Part shown: positions 28,701 to 40,700 of the stretch, one piece after another | Layout of the letters: each line of letters opens with the position of its first letter | How positions within the stretch are numbered: position 1 is the first letter of the stretch | Assembly: GCA_030141605.1 (NCBI GenBank) | Contig: JAQGDQ010000090.1 | Location: 310,001-374,000, forward strand | Length of the DNA: 64,000 nt | DNA from: Tubiluchus corallicola | Lineage: Eukaryota > Animalia > Priapulida | Direction: 5' to 3' | The notes under the pieces: model-generated | Database searches by the model: none | The model's input: the letters and a program-made list of their open reading frames with translations, nothing else | What the model was told of the DNA's origin: nothing | Program-made: the position numbers and the translations under genes

Positions 28701-31700
28701 ACAGAGCTGCTACTTTTAGTATTTAGTTAGCACGTGTGAATTGTGTACATGTTATGTGTCAGAACTGTGTGGCTCAGGAGCAGATTAATTCCGGAATGAG
28801 TACCTGCGGAGAACAGATCACCTATCTTTATTGCTAATTAATCTGCATTATTACTTTTTCATCATTTTCCAGGATTGAAGTTCGAGGATTTTACACATTT
28901 TGTTTGTAAAGCTCATTAATGCAGTGTGCTTTTAATTACAGAGGCACCAATGCTGACACTGTCATTCAGCTTTCCACGAGTGAGGTTACACAAACGAGCT
29001 GCTGCAGTTTGCCTTGTAACTGGTGGTGATCCGCCTATAACATTTCGGTGAGAAACTCTGCTAGGTGATTTAGACTAACAGTAAAACATGCTTTTCAGCG
29101 ATTCCCATTCTGCATCCATTTGAATTTCCGAAATTGATTCTTGGCGCCAGAGCTGGTGTTGTGTGTATTGTCGTGTTTGGCGATCCGCCCATAAAATTTC
29201 GGTGAGTTGGTTTAATATCGAAACCATGAATGTGATTTGATGTGAAGTGGATGTTTTTTGAATGTGTAATATTTGCCCAGTGTATTTGCAGCATTTCAGT
29301 ACTAATCTTTGCAGTTCACTTTTTTTCAGCAGTTACTCTTTTCATTGGTACTTTTGCTACAGTTTGTGTGATACCATTTTCAGAACCGCTGATGCTAACA
29401 CCCTTCTCATTTCCTCGAGTGAGGTTACACAAGCGAGCAGCCGCGGTCTGTCTAGTGACTGGCGGAGATCCGCCCATAACGTTCTGTGTAGGACAATAAC
29501 ATATTTTACAGAATGTGACAGTGTGTGCTGTAATTTTTCAGCTGCACCCAGAATAGTTCCATTTGACTTGCCAAGAACAGCAGCGGGCGATAGAGGTGGC
29601 ACTGTGTGCATTGTGAACAGTGGTGACCCACCAATTACATTTCGGTGAGAATGCTCTAACTAACTAACATTGATTTTGGAGTGTTTGTTGGAGTGCTTCC
29701 TTTTCTTGAGCGCTTATTTACGCATTTGCACTTTCTTTTTGTTTCTAGTTGGACTTTCAACAGTTTCATTTAAAAAGCTCATCAAAAACAACTAGATGTT
29801 TTTAGCAGGAATAACATCGAAAGTTGCTTATGGTAAGCCTTCTGTCCTTGTTCTGTAATGGACCCTGACAGCTTAGGCTACTATCATTATAAATTTCAAA
29901 TGTTTTACTTCAGCACCACCAGGACTGCTGCCGTTTGAGTTTCAAAGAGTTAATGCCGGAGACAGAGTTGGCACAGTGTGCATTGTTTTCAGTGGAGATC
30001 CTCCAATATCATTTCGGTGAGGAGTTGCTCAGAATTTCTGTTTTACCATTTTGCAGCTTCTCCGTTGATTGATACCTTTGCATTTTCAAGACGTAAGATT
30101 GGAGAGAGAGCATTTGTGGTATGCGGAGTGACAAATGGTGATCCGCCCATAACATTTCGGTGAGAGTTTGGTTTTAAACTCTTGTTTTGCATTTTTACAG
30201 CTTCTCCGGTGATTGATTCATTTGAGTTTTCGCAACTTAAAGTTGGGGAGAGAGCATTTGTTGTGTGTGGGGTGAAGAATGGTGACCCGCCAATAGCATT
30301 TCGGTGAGAACCTACTTTCTCAGTATTAATACCATTGATGAATCTTTTCAGCTCCGCCCACAATTGATGAATTTAGTTTTACACGGCGAACAATTGGTGA
30401 GCGAGCAGGCGTTGTGTGTATAGTGACAAGTGGTGACCCTCCTATCAGCTTTCGGTAGGCTTGCTATTATTGTGTTCTGTTGTGTTTGTGGAAAGTAGTG
30501 TTTCCATTCCTTGAACAGCCCTCTTTCATCTCCTTTTAGGTTCTTGGAAGTACAGCAGTAATTTGTACTTGATGGAGAACTGGAGTATCTGCAAAAGTTT
30601 CTTTACAATTTTATTTATTAGTAGAGACAGTACTCACTGACATGTTTTAATTCCAGTGCCTCCGGTTCTGGATAGCTTTGAATTCCCTCAAAGGACTCTT
30701 GGCGAAAGGGCATTTGTCGTTTGTGGTGTAGCCAAAGGTGATTCCCCAATAACATTTCGGTGAGCTGCGATATTATTGTAGCATTCCTAGGTGGGCTGCA
30801 TTGATGTATGTTTGTTAGTGCAGGTAACTTTTCTTTACTTTCAGTTCCCCCGTCTTTGGATCCGTTTGATTTTGCACAAAAAGTTGTCGGTGATAGGGCA
30901 GCCGTCGTTTGCTATGTAAACAGGGGTGACCCACCGATTCAGTTTCGGTGAGCACTGTTTTCCCATCTAACTTCTTTCTTGTGCCACCAAAACAGTGTGC
31001 ATTTTTTTCAGAACCACCGGTAGTAGACAAGTTTGTGTTTCCAAGAAGACGAGTGGGCAGCCGTGCTTTTGTTGTGTGTGGTGTAGAAAAGGGTGACCCG
31101 CCGATACAATTTCGGTGAGCTCCAGTTTAATGTTAGAGCTGGTGTGACTGTGATGATGCCTCTCCTTACTTTTTTCTAGTCCCGCCTGTACTGGAACCAT
31201 TTGACTTTCTCAGGAGGACTGTCGGTGACAGAGCTGCAGTCGTCTGTTTTGTGAACAAGGGAGATCAACCGATAACATTTCGGTGAGCTCCATACGATGA
31301 ACTCTTTTTCATGCAATTTGACATTTTTATTCATAGAGTCACCCACGTTGGACGCATTTCAATTTCCAAGGCGAAAAATTGGCCAACGTGCATTCGTAGT
31401 GTGTGGAGTGGCGAGTGGTGACCCTCCGATATCATTTCGGTGAGACATTTATGGTCAGTTTTGCCACATGCACTAACCATTGGTTTCTTACAGCAGGTGA
31501 CACATCTTGCGAGAAATTGCAAGCTGTACGAAATATTTAAATGAATAATGCTTATTTTACAGCCCCTCCTGTTTTGGACTCATTTGAGTTTGCAAGGAAA
31601 CGGATTGGTTCTAGAGCAGCAGCGGTGTGTTATGTAGACATTGGTGATCCACCTATTAAATTTCGGTGAGGCATTATGAACTATGTGAACATTAATTACC

Positions 31701-34700
31701 TTAAGCAGAATCTCTGTTGTAATTTTTCAGTGGCACCAAATTTGGCACCATTTCAGTTTCTACGTGTGAAGGTTGGCAAAAGATCTTTTACCGTGTGTGG
31801 TGTGGACAGCGGTGATCCACCTATTCATTTTCGGTGAGGACAAAAAAGTTTAAAGAGCATATCTGCATTAATAACATTATTCTGTTTACAGCTCCTCCTT
31901 TGGTCGACCCATTTCAATTTCTTAGGCGTCGCATTGGAGAAAGAGCTGCTACGGTTTGCTTTGTCAGTAACGGAGACCCGCCAATTACATTTCGGTGAGA
32001 CTTACTGCTTGCTATAAGCAATATTTGGGTGAAAACTGGAACTATTTTCCTTTCAGAGCCTCCAAATCTAAACCCATTTGATTTTCCGAGACTCAAGATC
32101 GGGAAAAGGGCATTCGCTGTGTGCGGAGTTGACAGCGGTGATCCCCCGATAGCATTTCGGTGAGAGTTGATTTGATATTTGAACAGAATCTAAATTCAAA
32201 TAATTATTTCTTGTTTGTTTCAGTTGCAATATTGAATGCGTGTTCTCTTTTTTGGCTTGCAGTAGAAAGTGTCAAAACTGTTGACAGCTTTGGAGTGTTT
32301 TATGTGTGTACTACCTTTCCTGTTTTGTGAATGTCATTAAAATAATTATGGCTTGTGTTTTAGATGTGGTGTCGACAGAAGCTGTCTGGCTAAGTGAATA
32401 CCTTTACATTTTCTGTCCTCAAACACCCATGTCAGTATCAAGTACTGATTAATGGTAGTATTTGCACTTTGTTACAGTTGCTCCCGTGTTAGAACCATTT
32501 AGCTTTCCAAGATCTGATGTCGGGTCTAGAGCTTTTGCTGTCTGTGGAGTTGACAGAGGTGATCCGCCATTAGTGTTTAGGTAATTTTTTTGCTCTGAAA
32601 TCATGTTTTTTCACTCTGCATCATTTCAGTTCCTCCTGCTCTTGGATCATTTTCATTTCTAAAGTTGAAGATTGGAGAAAGGGCCTTCACCGTGTGTGGA
32701 GTTACCAAGGGGGACCCACCAATATCTTTTCGGTGAGATTAATTGATCTGTGTCATTAACTAATGTTTTCATTTCAGATCTGAGAACTCGAGTTTATTTT
32801 TTGCCGGTTGGTGGATTTTACATCATGTGGAGTGCTGAGCGTTTGCACCCCCCACTCCCCATTTCTGCTTATTATTTTGAATTAAGTGACGAATAAAATT
32901 ATTTCAGCTGCTCCATCCTTAAGCCCATTCGAATTTCCTAAGCTGAAGGTTCATCAGAGAGCATTTACTGTATGTGGAGTGCTGAGTGGTGATCCACCCA
33001 TTTCTTTTCGGTGAGCTTTTTTGCAAGAAATGCTAATAGGCTTTATAGCTTAGTCATGTCTCACGATGCGTTGTGCGTTTCAGAAACACCATTCATTCGC
33101 CCATTCGAATTTGGAAAGCTGAAAGTGCATCAGAGAGCATTTGCCACGTGTGGAGTAATAAGCGATGATCCTCCTGTTTCTTTTCGGTGAGCGGCTTTGC
33201 GAGCTGTATTTCAGTTAGCCATATTAACATTCTTCATTATTTCAGAATCACCCTCCCTTCGCCCCTTTGAGTTTGGAAAATTGAAAATTCACCAGAGGGC
33301 ATTTGCAGTATGTGGTGTGTTGAGTGGTGATCCGCCGATAATCTTTCGGTGAGCCTTTTAGTGCTTTCTTAGTCTTTTGTTATTGATTTAAATTTGTTTA
33401 TTTCAGAAACTCCTGTTCTTCGACCATTTGAATTCGGAAGTTTGACAGTTTATGAAAGAGCCTTTGCCGTCTGTGGAGTTTTACGTGGAGACCCACCGAT
33501 CACATTTCGGTGGGTGTCTTGTTCATTTGTCTAATTCGTTCTTTGCATTTCAGCACCACCTTCCTTGTTGCCCTTTGAACTGCCTAGAATTAGAGCTGGT
33601 CAGAGGACATTTGCTGTTTGTGGTGTCCATGATGGGGATCCACCAATAACTTTTCGGTGAGGTCCTTAATGTGACATAGCAAAATTAACAAAGGTGTTCA
33701 TTTCAGACTCTCCGTTGTTGGTGCCGTTTTCATTTCCAAAGGTGGAGAGCGGCCGGCGAGCTTTCGCTGTTTGCGGTGTTGAAAGAGGGGATCCACCGAT
33801 AAGCTTTCGGTGAGATCCGGCTTGATTTATCGATTTTTGTCTTCTTTCAGTGCCATCCGTCCTCTGCCCTTTTTTGTGTGCTAGTGTGTGTGTGTGTGTG
33901 CAGATTAGTGTGAATGAAGAGTTTGTTTAATTTGTTGTGCCTAATTTATCAAACTAGTTAAGTTTAGCAACAGTGAATTGACATTCTTATCTGAGCATGG
34001 ATATGTAGCTGCTAATGTCAATTTAATTTATTGTAAAAAATCTTTTCACTAAGACTAACAAACAATCATGCTATTGTCATTTCATGTTGTTAAACTTCAC
34101 TGCTTATTGATTTGTGGATTTTGCATTGATGAATTTGTGTAAATGTTTATTTTCTTGGCTATGTAACCCAGAAAACACTAATTTTTAGTAGCGATTTGTC
34201 TTATGAAACGGAAGAAACAATATTAATTTTGCTCCGTTTGTCATTAATGAATGTCAATTTGATTTCCAAGAGTGGAAGTCTATTTTAATTAGCCAGTATT
34301 GTAATTAATACCATAATAGTAAAACTGGATCCTTAGTATTTTCTGGGTACTATAAAATGTGCAAGCAGCTGTCATTATAAATTCATTATTTCCTTTATTA
34401 AATGTAAACATCTTTGTCGATACTTACACAGTTCTACGAAACTGTAACAAAAATATCAGTTTTTCTATATGCTCTCATTTGTGAACTTCCTTGCTGAAGT
34501 TGAGTTTATAATGAAATCTGTCTGTTTTTTAGAGTGTTTGTAAGCGTTATGCACATCTGAATTTTAACTATTGGTAAGCGTTATGCAACTGACTTTAAGC
34601 ACAAAACCAGATTTAATGCTAACATTCACAAATGAGGTGAACAGTTGGTTATTTAGGTGTGTTTCTGTGCTTGCTTTCATTTGTTGTTCGGGGATGCATG

Positions 34701-37700
34701 TGTAGTATGCCCAAAATTCGCTCCAGGTCAGTATTTTATTCCACCGAGTAGTGTACTGTGTACTTGTTTACCAGGCAAATTTCGTTTAGAATTTCTTATG
34801 ATGAAGCCACATTTTTCACCTCAGCCAACTACACCTGCATTGCCGAGAACCTTGCTGCCACTGCCAGTTGCACTTTGGTTGGGACTGGCTGATGTTGGCG
34901 GGGCTGTTGTGCATTTCTTCAGCTGGTTGAAAGACGGCCATCCTGTTTCGCCAAGTCTTGGTGTTTGAATTGTTGTCCCCGTAGAATTTGCCTCTGCACT
35001 TCAAGTGTGAGCTCACACCACAGTGGCATCTACATATGTACCGGCAAAATTTTTGTGATTTTGTGAAAGTTTTGACAAATTTGGCATGGCTCTCAAATTT
35101 CATATCATATTTTGTACCTCTTACCCTTTGTAGGTAGTTCTAATGACAGTAAGTTTAAAGCATTAAGAACGATAACTAATATGGCACATTATATTAAAAA
35201 GTATACTATGTAAAAGGTATGGAATTAAAAGACATTATCTAAAAGGTGTGGCTGTAAAAGTCATATTTGTTCTATCACAGGTAAGCTACGATACATTACT
35301 CCTGAATTAAAAAAGAAGAAATTGCATCCATCTGCACCTCTAGTTGATGCATTCATTGCATTGTGCAGATAAGAATAGTCCTTTTTTCCTAACTAATAAA
35401 AGTGTAACGATCCTATACAAGCCTTACTTATGCTGAAATCACTTTACATATAAATTATGTGGTTGCAGGCAGCAGCTATACATGCATTTCCTAAAAGAAC
35501 AAGAAACATTTGATCCCTTTCTGATTGGTGACAAACTGCTTCCTTTTTGGCAGATGGCTGAAAGATGATTTATCAATAATTGCTAACTTTGGCCCGTACA
35601 TTGTTCCCGACAAGTTCTCGTCAACGTTGGTGATTCCTGTTGTAGAATCACAGCATGCTGGAAACTACACTTGCATTGCTGAAAACCATGTGGGCACTGC
35701 TGCCTATGGAACTGTCCTCGAAGTTGATGGTAAGCAAACAGCAAAACCGTAATGTCACCACAGGATGGCTGTTTTCAAATGGCTTTCGCTTCGTTTATTT
35801 ATTGTAAACTTATTTCTTAAGCTGGTTCAAAGACCACCATGAGTTAAGTGTGACTGTGGGAAGGGAAATTATGGAGAATCGTGTTGCTTCAGCTTTAACC
35901 ATAATGTCAGTGAAATCCATGGACAGTGGAAACTACACCTGCGCAGCTAAAAATGAAGTTGGTCAAGCTTCGTATTCGGCTTCGTTAATTGTAGATGGTG
36001 AGAAACTTTTTGCTTTCATTATGTGGAGGTGGAAACTGTCATTAACTTGGCCTTCTTAGGTACAACAGGATGGCTGATTTCAATCAAATAGCTGGTTGCC
36101 TTTTGTAATTGCTTATTCGAACATTTTAAGCTGGCTTAAGAATGGTAGAGAACTAACCGTCACTCCTGGAAGGCAAATCATGGAAAATCTTGTTGCATCA
36201 ACTTTGACTATAATGTCTGTGAACTCGCTTGACACAGGCAATTACACTTGCCAAGCTGAAAATGAAGTTGGTCAGACATCTTACTCTGCAGCGCTGATTG
36301 TTAATGGTGAGGTTTACTAATTTTTTGCTGTTTTACAAATAGCTAAGGAATGTTTGTGAGTTTGTGGCCCTGATTGGGCATACCTTGGCAAAACAGGATG
36401 GACGTCAGGATCTGGTAAAAACTCAAGTTATTAAATAAACACAATTTCTTGTTTGTAAGATGGTTGAAAGATGGTAAGCCTCTTCCTAAACGTGTTGCTG
36501 GTGAAGTGATGGAAGGAAGGTTCGCTTCAACTCTAGTTATACCAAGAGTGAATGCTTCCCACAGTGGTAACTATGCTTCAGAATTTGGCAGGCTCTGCGA
36601 GCTATTCTGCAAAGCTTATTATCGACAGTAAGTAAAGCTGTATACTTGCGTTTGTTAGCACAGGTTCTAGGAGCAGAAATGTAAATTTTGGCAAAGAATT
36701 ACCATTCTTTGAACACCTGCCATTTTTAAGTCTTATAACAGAGGTAGTCACTGTTGTCATTTTGACCATATGCCAATCTAGCACCTGGAATATGTAATGC
36801 AGGAACCATGAGGCGATTTTTAGAAGTGCCAATAAATTATTAAGAATCTCAAAGTCAAGGTAAGTTTAATGGCATTTAGAATCCGTTCACGCAGAATAGA
36901 CTTGGTCACAGGATGGCATCTTATTTTGTAAAATCGTTAAGTCATAAATGCAAATTTCACGTAGTTGGCTCAAAGACGGAATGGCTATTCCCAAAAATCT
37001 GAAGGTGAAGGAATTTTTCGGAGATGGAGTGGCTTCGACGCTGGTCATTCAGAATGTCAATGCTAACCACGCTGGGCACTACATGTGCATTGCTGAGAAT
37101 AATGTAGCAGCTGCAATGTTCATGGCTGAACTGATAGTAGACGGTAAGCTTGCTTTTGTTAAAAAACTTCCTTACATGTTAATGAGTGAGAAAACACCAA
37201 GAGTGGCAACAGGAGGCCACTTTGGCATCTTCCTTGAAGAAATGTTTGGAGTTGTGCTAAGTATTTTTGTTATTATTATTATTATTTAGTTGGCTGAAGG
37301 ATGAAAAAGTCATTCCTACGAATTTACAAGTAGAACACTATATGAATGGCGGTGTCGCATCTGCACTTGTTGTACAGAGTGTGAAAGTTATCCACACTGG
37401 AAATTACACCTGTGTTGCCGAAAATGCAGTTGGAACCATGAAATATACTGCAAGCCTCGTAGTTGATGGTAAATATTTCAAAATGGAATGAAAATTTGGC
37501 AAATAGGATGGTCGCATTCGTATTCTAATACAAGCAGTAGGGTCTGTAAAGTCTTTTGTATCTGGTGTTTTAGTTGGTTAAAAGATGGTAGTACCATAAA
37601 TGACAGTCTGAAGGTGGAGCGTTACGTGGAGAGTGGAGTAGCGTCCACACTTGTAATACGGAGAGTAAAGGCCAGTCACTCCGGAAATTACACTTGCATT

Positions 37701-40700
37701 GCTAAGAATGCTGTTGCAATGGCCAGATTTGTAGCTGAACTTGTCGTTAATGGTGAGTTTAAATGCTTATCAGCAAACATCAAGATTTGGTGTGCAGAAT
37801 GCAAGTGTGGCACCAAACTCATTTAAACTGGCATAAAATGCTTATTCTTTGTTTGCGTAGCTGGTTTAAGGATGGCTTTCCAATTCCCGATAACTTGGAA
37901 GCTGGCCAGCATGGCGGGGATGGTGTCGCCTCTATGCTTGTGATTCAGAGTGTGACACGGGAACATTCTGGCAACTACACATGTTCTGCTAAAAATGTCG
38001 TGTCTGAGGCTAGTTACACTGCTGAATTAATTGTGAATGGTAAGGTTTTAATTATATTTGCAATCATTACCAAACCTTGGCGAATAGGATTACCTCTGGA
38101 AAAACTCCAGCAGTCATTCTGAGCAAGTCATAATCCAGCCACAATAATTTACTTGCTTAGATGGTTGAAAGATGGATTTGCAATGCCTGATGCATTAAAA
38201 GTGGTACACCATGTTGAACAAGGGGTAGCTTCAATGCTTGTCATTCAGAGCGTAACGCGGGAACATTCCGGAAACTATACATGCACTGCAAAAAATGCTG
38301 CTGCAACGAGTAGTTATACGGCGGAGTTAATAGTCAATGGTATGTTTTTTTAAGTTGTTCATTTTCCAAGCACCAGAACTTGGCAAACAGGGGTGTGCTA
38401 GTGGCGAGCTGTTGTAGTTAAAATATGTCATTTACTTAGATGGTACAAAGATGGCAGTGTAATACCTGCTCATTTAAAAGTGGGGCAGCATACTGTGGAA
38501 GGAGTAGCATCAAATCTTGTGATTCAAAGTGTGGTGGGTGAACACACTGGAAATTATACGTGCACTGCTGAGAATGATGTATCATTTGCTAGTTATACTG
38601 CAGAATTGATAGTAAACGGTGAGTTGGTTTTTATGTTTTATCGATACCAGTTCTTGGCAAACAGGATTATGCTGGCCGTTGAATAAACTTCTTGGACAAA
38701 TTGATTTATAAATTCTTGTTTGCTCATTAGATGGTTCAAAGATGGATCTGTAATACCAGATATGTTAAAGGTGGGACGACATACAGAAGAAGGGGTGGCC
38801 TCCACTCTTGTAATTCAAAGTGTAACACAGAAACACTCAGGAAATTATACGTGTTTTGCTAAAAATGCTGTGTCAGCGGTTAATTATACTGCTGAGTTAA
38901 TAGTGAATGGTAAGTCCTTTTCAGTGCCTCATCTACATCTTTTTATCAGTTCGAGTAACTTCTTTTCATTGAAGTTCTTGGAAAACAGGATGGAATGACT
39001 GTCTGCTGCTTGACCAGCTGAAAGTTGTTTATTTTTGAGCTTCGTTGACAGCCATCTTTTTATAGCTGGTTAAAAGATGGAGATGCTATTCGGTTTGATC
39101 CAGATCAGGATATAGAAGTAGTTCCTAGTCGTTATGCTTCAACACTTGTAGTGCCGGAAGTAGCTAGTCATCACACGGGAAATTATACATGCATTGCCCA
39201 AAACAAGGCTGGCATCGCTACATATACTGCAGAATTGATTGTCGATGGTATGTCATTTGGTGGTATGAGCTCATACAGCTGTGTAGGTCTTCTCTTTCAA
39301 CTTGTGCTGAATGTAGATTCAGTGAGGTGATTATTGCTGTGTTTAACAATTCTAGTTGGCAAAAGGATAGTGTGCCAATACCATTGAACTTTGGCATTGA
39401 ACATCAGGCATTTCCAAATGGGTTCGCTTCTACCTTAGTTATTCCTTTTGTCAAAGAACATCATGTTGGGAATTATACTTGTATTGCTGAAAACAGTGCG
39501 GGGAACACCCGATTTACAGCTCTTCTCAAGGTTGACGGTAAGCTTTTAAATAAGTGTTGAGGCAAAGTCTACGTAGACAACTTAAAAACTCTTAAACCGA
39601 TGACCTACTTGTGATTTTTATGAGTACTGTGGTGTTGTTAGCTGGCTGAAAGATGGTGCTACTGTTGAAAATGGCACGGGAATACATCACGAGGTTGTTT
39701 CCTATGGATTTGCCTCAACATTGGTTATTCCTCGAGTGCAGGCGCGTCACCGTGGTGACTACATGTGCATTGCAGAGAATGCTGCCGGAATTGCTTTGTT
39801 CCAAGCATCTTTAATTGTAAATGGTAGGAAAGTAAAGTACTGTTTTTAGCATAGAATCGCTTGTCACATTTTTTGATATAGATCTGTGTACCAGTGCATT
39901 TGATGCTTTTATTGCAGTGATTAGTTTCCATGAAATTATGATTTTGCTTCACCATTCCAAAAGCAGGTAGCTGTTATGTACAAATTATACTTTCATCTAA
40001 GAGCACTGCAGATTCATTTTAGTCCACCACTGGCTAGATTAGTGTTTAAAGGTCCGGTGTTTGAAGGTATGCCAAATGAGTTGCACTTACCTTTGGTGTG
40101 AGTTGATGCTTGGTCCTTAGTTCTTTAAAACACCTTATCGACACACAAACCTCAAAGCTTGGCGATATGACTATTTTTCAAACGATCATACAGTGAATTA
40201 TATGAAAACACTTTGGCAGATGGCTTAAAAATTCAAATGCGGTGCCATTAGAGAAAGGTATTGAGGTGTACACGGGTGGTGGCTTTGCTTCAACTTTAGT
40301 GATTCCTGTTGTTACGGCTGCTCACAGTGGAAACTACACTTGTATCGCAGAGAATGGTGCCTCCTACACCAATTATACGGCAACTCTCACTGTTGATGGT
40401 AAGCCATATGGAAGACTTGCTTGGCAATGGTTTTTGTGACATAGTGATCAGTTTCATTCCAATCTTTGACTTATTTCTGTACTTCTATACTATAATTCTT
40501 TGACTATATTAAGAGAAACATTGCTTAGACAAAAAATGCCATTTATAAGTGCAGAATTTGTCTTCTGGTTTTTAGGATTAGTTTAGGCCCACAGGCTTGC
40601 AGTTGTTAGTGCCAATGCTTCTTAGAACTCAGACCCAAATGCTTGTTGAAAGTCGACATGCTCCTTTTGTCACCAATTCATTTCTGCTAAGTATTTTTCT

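Noticed and set aside
27671-32096. Minus-strand ORFs with repeated GGSP motifs
   Set aside because: They are antisense shadows of the GDPP codons in array A exons.
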